A DNA stretch of 63,936 nucleotides, the filler included, from Atractiella rhizophila (Eukaryota), in the NCBI GenBank assembly GCA_021432655.1. It is 3 parts of 3 records of this genome, joined end to end, with 100 filler letters (N's around TTAATTAATTAA, not from the genome) between each part and the next. Parts side by side here need not be neighbours in the genome. Positions count along the whole stretch, not along the records: positions 24,943 to 49,707 come from MU271785.1; 2 more parts are not named here. One strand, written 5' to 3'. The translations under genes were made by a program, and so were the position numbers. This document shows positions 28,111 to 41,305 of the stretch, in pieces. The notes under the pieces are model-generated. The model saw only the letters and a program-made list of their open reading frames with translations. It did not search any database and was not told the DNA's origin. Position 1 is the first letter of the stretch. Every line of letters starts with the position of its first letter.

Positions 28111-28514
28111 TCACTTAAACTCGACCTTGATTTCCTCCTCACCCTCACCCTTGCTGACGACCATCCTCCTCCCCACCTTCTCCTTCTCCCTCGGATCCCT
28201 AGGCGTCCACACCCACAGGACGACGGTTATTCCAAAGGCGAGCATGAACGCTCTGTAGACGCGCAGGATCTTTTCTTGCTTCTCCTTCTCTGCGTCCGAA
28301 ATGGGAGGATGCCATTCGGGCTCTTTTGGACCTTGTTCGGACGATGAATAGGAGTAGAGACGAGATTGGGAGTGGGCACGAGGGGCTAGGAGGAGAGGAT
28401 GGCGTAGAGTAAACGGCGGGAACTGGTGCGAGGTGTTAGTAACTCAACTAGGAGTAAATACAGACTTACGCGTTGTGTGCGGAGGAGGGAATGCAGGCGA
28501 GGTATTCGGGTCAT
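28111..28514 (-). CDS. Small (~118 aa) single-pass membrane protein with a putative mitochondrial presequence (not in the ORF track)
   Basis: Two exons joined by a GTAAGT...CTAAC...CAG intron give MTRIPRLHSLLRTQRFPPFTLRHPLLLAPRAHSQSRLYSYSS...ILRVYRAFMLAFGITVVLWVWTPRDP...EEEIKVEFK*. Confidence 0.7.
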
Positions 28515-28689
28515 CTTCTTACAATGGTGTTCTGTGAGAAAGAGAAGTCTACGGGCACAGCGGGAAGTGCTACCCGAAAAGGTAACACCGATCAGATTTC
28601 GACAACACGTCCAACTTTTCGGATACACACCAGCTTCACCTCAGCTTCCGTGCAGCGCTGTGTCCAAGTGATCAGCAAAAGCAAGCACC

Positions 28690-30381
28690 ATGGCCGCCTC
28701 TCTCCCCCTCCTCAAAGCGTATCGCACTTCTGGCGTACGCAACCCGTCACTGGTCGTGGAGCATGGAGAGCAAGTAATAGCTGCTGGGATGCTCAAGAGA
28801 ATGGGAGACGAAGGTATCTCCAGCTTCCTCTATCCTATTTAAGGTATAAACTCATAAGGCTGCATCGGAATGAAGCTTGGGCTTTCTTGGAGCAGACGGC
28901 GGTCGCCGCCCTTGAGTGTGGCAGGGAGCAGCTGGCAGAGGTAAGTTATGTTTCTTCTTTCTGTTGTGGCATTGGTGGGAGTTTGAACTCGAAAGGGATG
29001 AACCTCCTCAGTCTCTTCTACCGTATGAGAGACAATGAGCTTTAAGGCAGTCTTTGCAATTATGTTTTATTATTCTCAGTCGACTTCTCAACGAATATCG
29101 TCGCTGTAATTTGAACTGAAACGAAGCAAAACGTTTGCTTGCGTAGATACTTTACCTTTTTGTGATACTATGATACTTAATTTTCTTGTTTAAACGGTTG
29201 GGGAGCTGTGAAATACTTACAGTCCTGTTGAACACATTTGTTCCTTTTCTGTCTCAGTGCAGCTCGAGTGTGCTATCGAGGAAAGTTTGAAATCCGGCTT
29301 AGACTTGGTCGCCACATTCCCCTGATTATACATTTGCTTCCCGCTTGGACTCTCACTCAAGTTAGAAAGTTTCACTCATGACTTTGTTAACAGGCATGCA
29401 TCTCACGACTGGCCGAAAAATTTCCCGACTCTCCTCGCGTACAAGTCCTGCAAGGCTGTCTCCTGGAACACAAGCTTCAATGGAGTATCGCTCGCGATTT
29501 CTACGAAAAGATCCTCGCTGATGAGGAAACTTGTATCGTGCGATTTCTTCACATCCTCCTCCTTAGATCTACCATTCAACAGAGCAGTCTAGCCAATCCG
29601 CAAACGTCTTATCTCGCTCCACCTCAACCATTCGCCTATTCCAAACACCAAGATCTCAAAGTACAGAGATTCTTCATTAGACTTCAAGAAAGGAGTCGCA
29701 TTGCTAATCGAACACCTTGATGCCGTTTTTAATGACCCAGAAGGCTGGCTTGAACTCGTAGAGGTGTACGAGCGCATAGCTTCGTGAGTGTCCCTCTGAC
29801 CTTGTCGAGCAAACTGACGTGTCGTCGAAGATATAATCAGTCACTAAGCGCATTAAGCAATCTCATCCTCCTCCAGCCTTACAATACCCTCTTCCTCCTC
29901 CGGAATGCTGAAACGATGTACACCGCCCAAGATTACCCAGGTTCGTCGAGCATCTAGTCCGCCATGCTCACATGCTTATTGATGTGCAGGTGCATGGAAG
30001 GTCTTCCTACGCGTCATCGAGATATCCGGCTCTTGGAAAGAAAAGTGGATCGATTCGGAAGAGGAAAAGACTGGGACCGACTTCGCCTCTGGTGGAGGGT
30101 TGGGTCGCCGTGCTGCCTTTGGTGTCAAGCTTGTACGTCGCGTCATCATCTCAACCTTTACATACACCGTCCTAATTCAAATGCAGACCGCAAGAAAACT
30201 TCTTGCGTCTCCAAATCCTGCTGTGGAGAGGAAAGTGGTTCAGGATGTGGACATCCTGATGACCAAATTGTTGATGGACATCTACTCTGAAGATTGGGCA
30301 CCTGGGAATAAAGGTGGCAGAGGGGTGGCGAGCGAGAATGATCGACAGGTTATTCGAAAGTGGTTAGAGGCGACTAAATAA
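28690..30381 (+). CDS. EMC2: ER membrane protein complex subunit 2 (TPR protein)
   Basis: Spliced GDEAWAFLEQTAVAALECGR...CISRLAEKFPDSPRVQVLQG...HLDAVFNDPEGWLEL...LILLQPYN...AETMYT, matching the EMC2/TTC35 pattern. Confidence 0.85.
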
Positions 30382-30970
30382 TATCTCTTATTTGCTCCGG
30401 CTGGTTGGGTCGAAATGAACGTCACACGGTTCTGATTCATGGAGTTACTTAATAACCAGTGGTAGTAATTGCACGATGGTGAGAAGAGAAGTCTACTCGG
30501 CTAATAAAACAACGAGACGCCTTGTTCGTCTCCTTGAAACTTCGAATTGCGAAGAGAGAAGGAACACTGCAACACAAGTAAAAAAGTGAAGATAGCGGAG
30601 CAAATCAAGAAAAGCAAAAAGAGAAGAGTAAAAAGAAATTGCAGCTCTCACTGCCCCGATCCCAACATCTCTACACCTTGACCATTGACCAACTACGAGA
30701 GACCATGACGAGAACGTTGGAAATGCTAATCGACTTGATTGGGTAAACTTGATAATGAAGATGAAGAACTAGTGTTGATGGATGGGAGTTGTTGAAGAAT
30801 AAGTCAATATTTAGGGAAATTGCGTAGAGAAGCATCAATCGTGGGTCGTCATCCAGTCGTCAAGCAACAGAGGTAACAAGAACTCAAGTAATCCGCCTCC
30901 ATCAGAACATTCCATCCTTGTCCGTCTCCCAGGAACGAACGAAGGATGAAGGGGCATTTTAGGACCCGTC

Positions 30971-33036
30971 CTAAATTTTGAGTTCCTTGAACCCTCCCTC
31001 GACGCCTCCTCCGGCGCCACCTCTTTCTTTTACACCTTTACCGCTTGAACTCCTCAGCGACTGTTTCCTCTCCTTCGCCTCCCTCTCCTTCCTTTTCATC
31101 GTGCTCTCGACAACGCTAACTACTGCGACAGCAACAGCGGGATTCTTTCGCGGTCTGCCCCTCTTCCTCTTCTCTGGTGGTGAGGGAGGAAGCGTCTCCT
31201 GAGTCGAAGGTTGGAGCGCTGTGTCATCGGGTTCGGAGAGGTCTGATTCCCCAGGTGCTGGAGTGGGAGCAGTCGTCGTAGGTACAGTGGTAGGAGCGGG
31301 CGATTCGCGTCTTGATCGCTGACGTGGGCTCTCTTCTCCAATCGAGGGAGAGCGACTCCTACTCCGTCGCCCGATGACTGAACTCGCGCCGCTCACGCTC
31401 TCCGTCTCCATCCTCCTCCTTCTCCCTGTATCCAAGAGCCTCAATCCCCTCCCTCTGAGACCTACAATAGTGGAAGCATTAGAATGGCCTTTCTCTTTCT
31501 CCCACTCTTCCGAAGAGACGACTGAGGTCCCCAAAGAGCTCCCAGTCAGCTTACTCGACCCCGATTCGGACGAGATGGCAGGAGAGGAATCGCGCTCATG
31601 ATTCTGCCCATTCAGGAGGTGAGCTACAGAGGTGGGAGAACGTAGGAGCGCCTTGGCGGGGGAAGAAGATGAGGGAGGGATGACGTTCAGGTTGAGGAGA
31701 GGTGGTGCTTCCTCTTCCGTCTCTTCAGAGTCAATGGGATCGTCGTTTGGAGGCGATGGTACGGGCAGTGGAGATGATGAGGACGGATCAGACGATGGCG
31801 GGGTGGTGTCGCGTATTTTTGGCAGCCCCTGATGTGGGCCGGAGATGTTGCGGACACTGGAATAATGCTACCATGAGAACGATAGTCAGCGTCTGTTCCA
31901 TCTAACTATTATTGCAGACACTTTAATTGGTGTTGGAGATGTATTCACTCGTTCTGTCATCCATGTACACGTATGGAAACAAGTACTTCTGAAAATGTGA
32001 ACGTAATAATGACGAATGTGCTCCAAGGATTTGACTCCTTCATTGCTCCGCACAGATGCAGTGTTATACCACTGCATCTTCAAATCATTTCCATCGAAGA
32101 TGGGTACTCCACGGTCGTGATATAAATGATAAAGAAACCAATGTAGAAATGTTGCACGAGACCTTAGGACGAGCAATGAGAAACTCACCTCCCAGTTGTG
32201 ATACGCAATATAAAGTGGCTCTCCTTCCTCCTCCTCATTATCTTGATCAACAGCTCCTCCTCGTTCAGCATCCATCTCCCTTTCCAACTCCCTCTTCAAA
32301 CGACTCCTTCTCTCCTTCCGGCTCAACATCACTGTCGAGCTTGAAGTCCCCGAAGGAGATGCGGAAGCAGCGTCGTTGGATGCTGAGGGACTTTCGTCCT
32401 TCCATCCCACGACGTAGACGAGTCCAGGCTGCACGACTTTGATTCGACGACGTTTTAACTTTGCAAACGCTGACAGTTCCAAATGTCCACCATACGTCCC
32501 TACCCATCCCAAGGCATTCTTTACCCAACAGTGACCAACCCAAAAAGAAATACATACCGCTAGTGCTCATTCCCCGGAGATATCCGTCCCAGTTACCCCA
32601 TACATCCTCATCCACAAAAGCGAGATACTGCTCCCTATGACTGCGCACGAACTCGACCGTTTCCTTCCTCAACTGCAAATGGGCATTAGGGGTGCCAAAC
32701 AATTGGTCGGAAAGCGCTCTGCTCTCATTGTGTGAGCTCTATATGGCATTTCTGGGGAAGGGATGGACCGGAAGAGACAGTTCCCATCCCCCATTGTGTG
32801 GGCAGCATATAAGCCCATAGATTTTAGTTGAGCTTTCAGGCCGCGATCGTACGACTCAGGGTCTTCAGTTATGAGCTATCCACCCAGTCCCATTATTATC
32901 GGCATGGCTGCACTGAGCGAGACTGGGGCAAAGGGGCAAGACGAACATCAGGTCTATTCCGTCGAGATTTGACACGGGGAACGGGTCGTGCTTTCTTGCC
33001 CCCTCCGCCTGGCTGCGAGCGGTATGTCTTGCCCAT
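30971..33036 (-). CDS. OTU-domain deubiquitinase (OTUD3-like) with a disordered C-terminus and an AT-hook-like KRGRPRK
   Basis: Cys loop MGDGNCLFRALSDQL, TYGGHLELSAFA, and His loop IAYHNWEHYSSVR across introns. Confidence 0.9.
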
Positions 33037-33350
33037 CTTCGCTGTGATGCTGGAAGCCGCAGAAAGACTGTGCAGGTGAAAGCGAAGTTGTTTATGTTAT
33101 GAGAAGAAGGACGATGATTCCGATCTGCGTGTAAACATCGGCCGGAAGCAATATTTCAGAGCTTATTTGAGTGACAGTGTCAACAAGGGAGAAACTAGGT
33201 TACCAATGTTGCATTAGTGCCTTTTCCTTTCTGCAAAGTATTTTAACCATTTGTAACAACACCCTTGCGAGTGTGAGAGGTAGAATACGTCAAGGAAATA
33301 GGAGTTTCATTTTAACTAATCACGTGTTCACAAATCAATCCAAAAATGGA

Positions 33351-34634
33351 TCAATCAGTCCAACCCTTCTTCTCTCTTTCTAAAAGTTCGTCGATCGAAT
33401 CATTGAACGTCTTCATCACATCTGTAAACTTCAAGTCCAACACTTCCCTAGCTGGGGCCGAATCCAACCTTGACAGCGTCCTGTTCTCTGGCTCCAAATT
33501 GCTTGGGATGTTCGGCAGTCTATCCCTGAGCTCTGGTCTTTGCTCGCCTAACTGTTTAACCAGGTCTCTCCAAAGAATGGCGCCGTTTGAAACAATGAAC
33601 CTATGACCCTTCGCCTCTGGGACTTGGAAAGCTCGCACATGCGCTTCCGCGACATCTCGTACGTCTGAGAGGAGGGGAAGACGGTCTTCTGGGAGTGGAG
33701 CAGAACGGGATGACGACGTGAGGAGATTGTATATGTTTGCGGAAGAAGTATTGAGGGCTTCGGGGCTGCTGATGTCTTGGAGGGCAGGTCCATATATCAT
33801 AGGCGGGTTGACTGGGGCGATCATTAGTCCAGAAAAACCGTGGTGGAACAAAAAGCGCACTAGTTACAAGCTCCATGTTGTTAGAAGAGGCGAAATCCCA
33901 TGCTGCCTGTTCAGCAAATTTCTTAGACGCTGCATAAACAGCGACAGGCAGCGTGGATGCCTTCGCTTCCGCGTAAGTGGTGGAGTTCCAATCTACGTCC
34001 CAATCAGAGTTATGAGCAAATGTATATATCAGCACCAGGTTCAGAAATGTGCACCTTTGTCAGTGTAAGTATAGTCTCTCCAACACCCTCCTTGCTTCGC
34101 ATCGAAAACTGCCGCACAAGACGAAGTGACGACGACTCTCTTCACCGCCTCCTGTTTGGCATATTTCAAAACATTGGTGGTAGCATCGATGGCAGGGAGG
34201 AGCATGTCGCGCTCGTTGTCTTTGGTTTGGAAATGATATGGGCTCGCCACATGAGCAATGAGAGAGCAACCTGGACACCGTCACATTCGTGAGGTGAGAA
34301 AATGATTTGTTGGAGAAAACATGAAAGGACTAGTCGTACCTCTCACGATGCTAGACAAATCTCCATAGAGTAGATCCGCAGCTTCGACAACCTCAAACCT
34401 CTTGTCCTTGAAAAACTCTGAGAACTTTCTCTCCAGATAAGCACCCGACTTCGAAACCGATCTGACGGTCCCTCGAACAGAGAATCCTGACTGAAGCAAT
34501 CTGTCCACCTAAATGGGACAAAACCAAATCAAAGTAATTGCCATCAACGCAACAGTCACAAGGCGACGAGGAGGCAGACGTACTACGTGGATACCCACGA
34601 AACCGTTTGCACCTGTGACCAGTACTCTTGCCAT
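33351..34634 (-). CDS. NAD(P)H-dependent aldehyde reductase / extended SDR (Gre2/Ari1-like), copy A
   Basis: MARVLVTGANGFVG, HVASPY, VVVTSSCAAV, YAASKKFAEQAAW, VNPPMIYGP, DVRDVAEAH. Confidence 0.92.
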
Positions 34635-35370
34635 ATCTTTCCCGCAAATTGTTGCGTCAATGGGACAAGGTGATAGCTTGCGCTGGTGTATATATATATA
34701 TATGCCCCTCCCACATTTGGAAAACTCCTGAACCTACTGGCCCCTCCAGTTGAACGCTCTGCTCCTCCACAACGAGAGAGACCTGTCAGCGATGACCGTT
34801 CACCACTTTCAAGCCGTATCCATTCAATCCCTGTCAGCGGGGAAGCAGATGAATGTACCACCCGGAATCGCCGGGTGGTGGAGGCTTGCTGACTACGGCG
34901 CCTTGGTGGAGCGAAACTAGACGAACATTGTGCCCAAAGGGAACGAGTGTTACTAGAAATAGTCCAGCTCTAGATACGACTCAGTAATGTGAGTTTTGAG
35001 AAAGTATCTTGCTTTGTTGACGTCGAGTCACTTGAGTACCAGCCAGATGCTCTCGAATCCCAAAAATGAGATACTTCGGGTTTCACGGTGAACTTTGTGG
35101 GCGTGATTTAAGATTGAATGTCTGGGTTTTAGAGCAGGAAGTGTGCACGCAACGACTTCTCGTACTGGAGTAGAATCGTGTGTACCTTCAAGAGCCAGAA
35201 GCACTTAGTTTAACTTGAACAACATTCCGCTCATTTATTCCTTTGTGTAACGTATTTCAAGAGGTAACCGTCTTCAAAGAAGTCGTGAACAGAATTATTT
35301 AAAGAAATGGGAAGCATGTTCCCTTTGAAGAGAGACCCGCTGGACACAATATCTGCAAATCATAAAAGTA

Positions 35371-36634
35371 TCAATGAGCCCATCCCTTCTTTTCCCTTTT
35401 CAAAAGCTCATCGATCGAGTCTTCGAACGTTTTCATCACATCAGTAAATTTCAGTTTCAGCAATTCCCGAGCAGGAGTCGTATCCAACTTCGCGAGCGTT
35501 CTCGTCTCCGGCTTGAGATCACTCGGAACGTTCGGCAGCCTATCCATGTGCTCTGGCCTCTCCTCGCCTAGCTGTTTAACTAGGTCTCTCCAGAGAATGG
35601 CGCCGTTCGAAATGATGAATCTATGGCCCTTCGCCTCTGGGACTTGGAGAGCTCGCACATGTGCTTCGGCAACATCACGGACGTCTGAGAGGAGGGGAAG
35701 ACCGTCGTCTGGAATGGGGCGAGATGACGACGTGAGGAGATTGTAGATGTTGGCGGAGGAAGTATTGAGCGCTTCCGGACCACTGATTTCATGGAGAACT
35801 GGGCCATAAATCATAGGAGGGTTGACTACGACGATTGTTAACAAATGAGGAGGACGTATTGAAGGTATCAACGCACTGGTCACGAGCTCCAGGTCGTGTG
35901 AAGAGGCAAATTCCCACGCAGCTTGTTCAGCAAATTTTTTAGATGCTGCATAAACCAAGCCAGGGAACTTTGACTCCTTGGCTTCCGCGTAAGTGGTGGA
36001 ATTCCAATCTAAGACCAGATTCTGAATGAGCGCACAGCCAAATTTGCGGTTTCAAATGTACCTTTATCCGTATAAGTGTAGTCTCTCCAAAATCCTCCTT
36101 GCTTTACGTCGAAAACTGCTGCACATGACGAAGTGACAACGACTCTCGTCACCCCCTCCTGCTTCGCGTACTTTAAAACATTAACCGTAGCATCAATAGC
36201 AGGGAGGAGCATATCGCGCTCGTTGTCTTCGATCTGATAATGAAATGGGCTAGCTACATGTGCAATGAGGGAGCAACCTGCATTCCATCCCTGTCGCATC
36301 AGAAAATGATCCATGTAAAATGGCAAGAGATGAAAGGCGTAGCATTACCTCGCACTGTGATAGACAAATCTCCATACAGTAGATCCGAAGCCTCGACGAC
36401 CTCAAATCTCCCGTCCTTGATGAACTGCGAGAATGTCCTCTCCAGATATGGGCGGGACTTTGAAACTGATCTGACAGTCCCTCGGACAGAGAATCCGGAT
36501 TGGAGCAATTTGTCCACCTAGAGCATCGAATCGCAAGTGGTATCAGCCTGAGAGTAACACAGAGGAGGAGGAGAAAGACGTACGACGTGGATCCCTACGA
36601 AGCCGTTTGCACCTGTGACGAGCACTCTTGCCAT
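35371..36634 (-). CDS. NAD(P)H-dependent aldehyde reductase / extended SDR (Gre2/Ari1-like), copy B
   Basis: Same motifs and intron positions as copy A; a diverged tandem paralog. Confidence 0.92.
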
Positions 36635-39536
36635 ATTCTCCCTTGATGAAAGGGAAAGGAAAGCTCAAGTGGGAGGTTATATAATATCCCTCCTCCATTT
36701 GCCGCTTAGAACTAGAACTCTGCCCTCCACTTAGAATAATCTTTACCTCCACAACGAAATGATCTTCCTGTCCGCGATGCCCGCTTAAAGCTTCCAAGTC
36801 TTCATTCATTTTGCGTCGGCTGGGCTTCAAGTGAATGTGGCACCCGACGATTTCGAGTGGGTCCTGAAATAGTGAACGCTGTCGACTGACGAACGTGACT
36901 AGCAAAGCTTTTAATGACGAGAAGATTAAATTCACGTCATGGGGAGTCTTTGTAGATTTTGACAAATGAGTCTTTTCTTTCTGTTCCAACTTGACCGAGG
37001 AAAAGAACCGAGGATATGTTGGAGTTCGGCCATCTTGGCCACGATACTCGCCATTGTGAATCTTTATAATTGACAACCTAGTTCTCTCCCGTCAGAAATT
37101 ATGCCTACCTGGAATTGGAATTGATTGGAAGGGAGGATACGAGAAATTTTCCTCGGATGTCTATTGCCACAGAGTAAATTAAGAAATTAAGTAAAAAGAG
37201 AATTCTTCCTAACATCATATATCATGTCATCATGTCCATCTCGTTTTAGGAACAGAATATCCATCTCATCTTTGGAACAGAACGAGCCGTTTCTGGCAGG
37301 GCTACAGACTTGTCAATGGACCGACACAAAGTGACGAGAGATGTGAATAGGCCTCGGATCTCGCTCAGTGGGAGAAAAGAAATCCGACATATTTGCCTAT
37401 GTCGAAACGGTCGGTCCTTTGTCGATGTTCCTCTCGAAATGGAACCTTATTGAACTAGGGCCATCGAGATGCTGAAGCACAAAGCGTACACCCATAAACA
37501 AACCGCCGAATGGATCGACGGATATGGGCAAGTGATAGAGTATGAGAAGGTCGGTTGCTTGGCACTCTCCTTCTGGCGAACCTGGAGCTGATTACTGCTT
37601 GACGAGGGGACCATCAGCGAGAACTCCAAATTGCAAGATTTTTCACAAATTCTCCGTACCCTTCTGCACACCCGTACGCGCGTCATTGACCTGATTCTTC
37701 CTTCTTTACAACCGCAACACATTCTAATCCTCGGAGTAGCCGCCGTGTTTGAGTCCTGAAGCTGTTCGAGAATCTTCTCCTACCCTCATTGATTTTTTGG
37801 ATCTACTCCCATCAACTAACCGTACATGGGTACATCTACCCATTCATACGATGTCACACAGGTTCTGCGCTCAGAGACTAAAGAACGAAATTAACGCATC
37901 TAAGTCACCTTGTACACAGCTCTACACGGTCACTAAAAAATTACTGTGATTACCTCACTTTAAGGAGCCAAAGGAACATCTGCTTTATGAGAGGCGTCTT
38001 AGAGAATAATGGGTCTTGCATCTATTACACCATGTGCGGACGCCGTTGCTGCTAGCAGCAACAGCAACTAGCCAGACACTTGGAGACAGAATACAGAGCG
38101 CGAACCACTTTCAGACTTCGTGCGGCAAAATCAATGAGTTCAAATTGATTTAGACACCCTTTCTCGACATGAACTCGATTCCCAGAATGCCTCAAGTTCT
38201 TTCATGCGAACGTAATCAGGAAAGTCTTCCCTAGCGCTCAGTACAAACGTATGGATGAACCACAAGTCTATCTAGCGGATTAATCATAGGCGTGAACCTT
38301 TTGCTACAAATAGGCGCTAACCAAAAGCTCCTCAGGTTTTGAGAGCTAGGATGAAAGTTGTGAGAAACTGGACTTCGAACGACCTTCGAAAGTTGAGACT
38401 GCGGATTCCGGAGCCGGCTGAGCGAAGACTGAATTTTTTGTGAAACGTCGTCCGCATCCTCTGTCCTTATTACTCCGCCAGGCTCGTGTGTGCCCTAGAA
38501 TTAATGAAAGTTGACACAGGATGCTAAGGCTGAATTGTGCGGGCTTCTGAAGGGTAATACCAGTATCATCATATCGCGTTCTGTGAGCTTTCTGTTTCTA
38601 ATGGCTGCATTATCGGTATCGAAGGGCGATGATGAAAAACCATCCTTGATAGGGACATCTGAACCTCTTTTCTCTCTAGAGAGGGGTTAGTTGAAACAAA
38701 CGGGAAAGCTAGATTTTCTGAGCCCTTCATCGAACTCTTACTTGGACAGGATACGACTGACCATCTTTTTCGTCGCATAGGTATATTAGCCTGAACGAAA
38801 TATCTGTTCGCCTAATCTGGAATCGACGCTCCCAGACGGAGGTCATGACAACCCCTCCTTGATTACCAACACCTACGGAGGAATTATGTGTGAGACCGTT
38901 AAAGTCTGCTCGTTGGGACGATCAAAAGTTGTGCTTTGTGACACCGTGATCAAAAATCGAATGAAGATCAACGTTTCATGGAAGCTCGTATCCATGATTT
39001 TGAACTCGTGGAGTGCTGCACGTCGAGGTACAACAGTGGTGCCCTTCACCTCTTCTCCAAAAGAGGTCGAATTAAAAGCATATTCGGCTCCTTTGAGCCT
39101 CGCTAATTGCCTTGTGTCTTTTCTCTTCTACCATTCTTCAATGAGTATGTCCTAAGACAGTAGTGAGAATACAATTATCAAGTTCATTCCCGAAACCTGC
39201 TTCATCGTGTCCTAGATAGAGAATAGAGAAGGTATGGCGCGGAGTGTCAACGTTCGCTGGACTAAACCTGGGCTGGAGTTTGTGCTGTATAACCGCACTG
39301 TCTGATTCCACCACTCCCGCTGCATCTTCCCGTTCTCGAAAGTCTCATGGGAAAGGTAGTCAGCTCTTTTCCCATGCTAGCCTATTTACGGGAGCGCTCG
39401 TGTCCTTTTCCTCTCACCGTAAAAGGGAAGATTTGTCATTGTTCCCTCCGTTGCTCCTTCTCTCATTTCCTTTCGCTGTCGTGTCTCGCGAACCGTCAAC
39501 GCTGCTCGTCCACACTTCACTGTTTAAAACTTGCCA

Positions 39537-41024
39537 ATGCTCGCTCTACACTTTCTTTTCGTTATCACTCTCGCTATAGTTTCCGCCCATCCTTCAAGTG
39601 TGAAGGATAACTCGCCTGTCGTGCTCGAAGGGATTCCCCTCCTCAAATCCAACTATGCCGGAGTAGCGAATCTATTGGACTTCAGCCCTGTTTACGATCA
39701 CGGCTCATCATTTTCAAACGCGGCTATGGCTCCTAACGCTCCGCTCTCTGCGTCCAATTCAGAGAAGACTCCCGATCCCACCGAAATTCTTGGGACAGTC
39801 CTTGGTGCTGCAGGTAGCAGAACCTCTGTTCCCAGCTCTATCGTTGAGGTTCCTGTCGCCTCGAGGAGGAAAAATGTCGCTAGTGCGCCGTTTCTATTTC
39901 CTGCTGAGATTGAGGTCGAAGTGTCTGCAGAGAATACCAAACCTCATTCTTCACCTATGGTCCTCAAGAAGCGAGCATCCATCCCTCCCTCCTACTTCGA
40001 TGCTGGCGATGACATGGCTGAAACTTCTCAGCTGGAACCCATTCCTCTTTCTAGAATTCTTCATGCTGAAGAAGACAGTTATGATGCTTGGCTCGCTTTG
40101 GCGAGAGCTAGCAGGGCAAAGCATGGTTCATTTTTACTCTGATACCCTGCTGTGAAGATAGCTCTGACAGTTTTGGTGGTCCGGAACAGGCGATGCCCAT
40201 ATGAGAAATAGGAAACTTAACTACGCACGTTACGCTGAAGACGATGGCCACTACTATGATTCCAAACCTCGAATGCAAAGTGTGTCTTTGCTTCCCTGTG
40301 TCATGTGCTTAGTATTATTCTTAACACAATTCGGAGTACAGGCGCTAAGTTCCCCCCCGTTGAGTTTCCAATCCAACCAATAGCCCAACCTCCAATCCAG
40401 CCTCCAACCAAACATCCAGCCCGTTTACCTGTGCAATCGCTCAACCAATCGACCAGTTCGTCGGTTAATCCTCCGCAAAACAGTCCTCACCCTCCAGTTG
40501 ATCTGCCGGACGAGGAAGATGGAATGGTCAAACCTCGAGCCCACGAAACTTCTTTCGAAGAAGACGAGTCCTTATACAACACATATCGACTTCCATCCTT
40601 CTATATGAGTGAGGAAAGCGACAGCGTCTCTAGTGCCCTTGTTGCTCCGTCTGTGGCTGTTCTCCGTCAACGATTTGCGGATATGTTTTCTGACACACTC
40701 AAAGAGGGAGAAGACCTCTCAGATGGTGCTGATGACACTGAATCGTTCAACAGCGTTGAGAGAGCCCCTGCTAGCGGACTTGCGTTTGAAGCGAAGAGGG
40801 AGAGTAAGGTTGGGAGACATCTGGAGGGTTGGAAAATGTTCGACTTCTTTCTGCGGATTTTAGGCTCGTCCTCGTGGGTTATGGACAAAGCAAATGGAGA
40901 CGGGACGAGGACGGAGAATCAAACCAGCATTCTTGGAAACGTGGGGTGCGAAGCGTGCGATGAGCATGTTGAGAGCAGCAGGGATGCTGGAGAGATGGCA
41001 CAGAGGCGTTGGAGACTGTTTTAG
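39537..41024 (+). CDS. Putative secreted protein of unknown function (2 introns)
   Basis: Signal-peptide-like MLALHFLFVITLAIVSA|HP and a KKR dibasic site. The exons join in frame through short GT-AG introns. Confidence 0.6.
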
Positions 41025-41215
41025 AAAATTTGTGAGTTCTCAGTCTTTCCCGTCTAAGGTGACAGATGATGCTCTCGCACAGCCCGATAGCAGGATATTG
41101 GCGATGGTAATTGTTGTGGTTTCAGATTGTGATTCCAAGTGCCTGCGAGCTTCGATGTCTTTTATTCAACTGGTGAATACATTCTCTTCTCTTGCTTGAT
41201 CTGATCCTCCGTCAT

Positions 41216-41266
41216 GACATGCTCCTTTCCACGACATGCTCCTTTCCACGATATGCTCCTTTCAAC
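41216..41266. repeat. 17-bp minisatellite, three copies
   Basis: GACATGCTCCTTTCCAC twice plus GATATGCTCCTTTCAAC, lying between convergent 3' ends. Confidence 0.9.
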
Positions 41267-41305
41267 TCATCGTTCTAAAATGGTTTGTGCGAGCGCTGCA
41301 CAGAG

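Noticed and set aside
29515..29532. CTGATGAGGAAAC hammerhead-core-like string
   Set aside because: It lies in an EMC2 coding exon (ADEET) and lacks stem II and flanking stems.
38420..38445. Sm-site-like AATTTTTTG in the long intergenic region
   Set aside because: No U1, U2, U4 or U5 signature sequences were found upstream.
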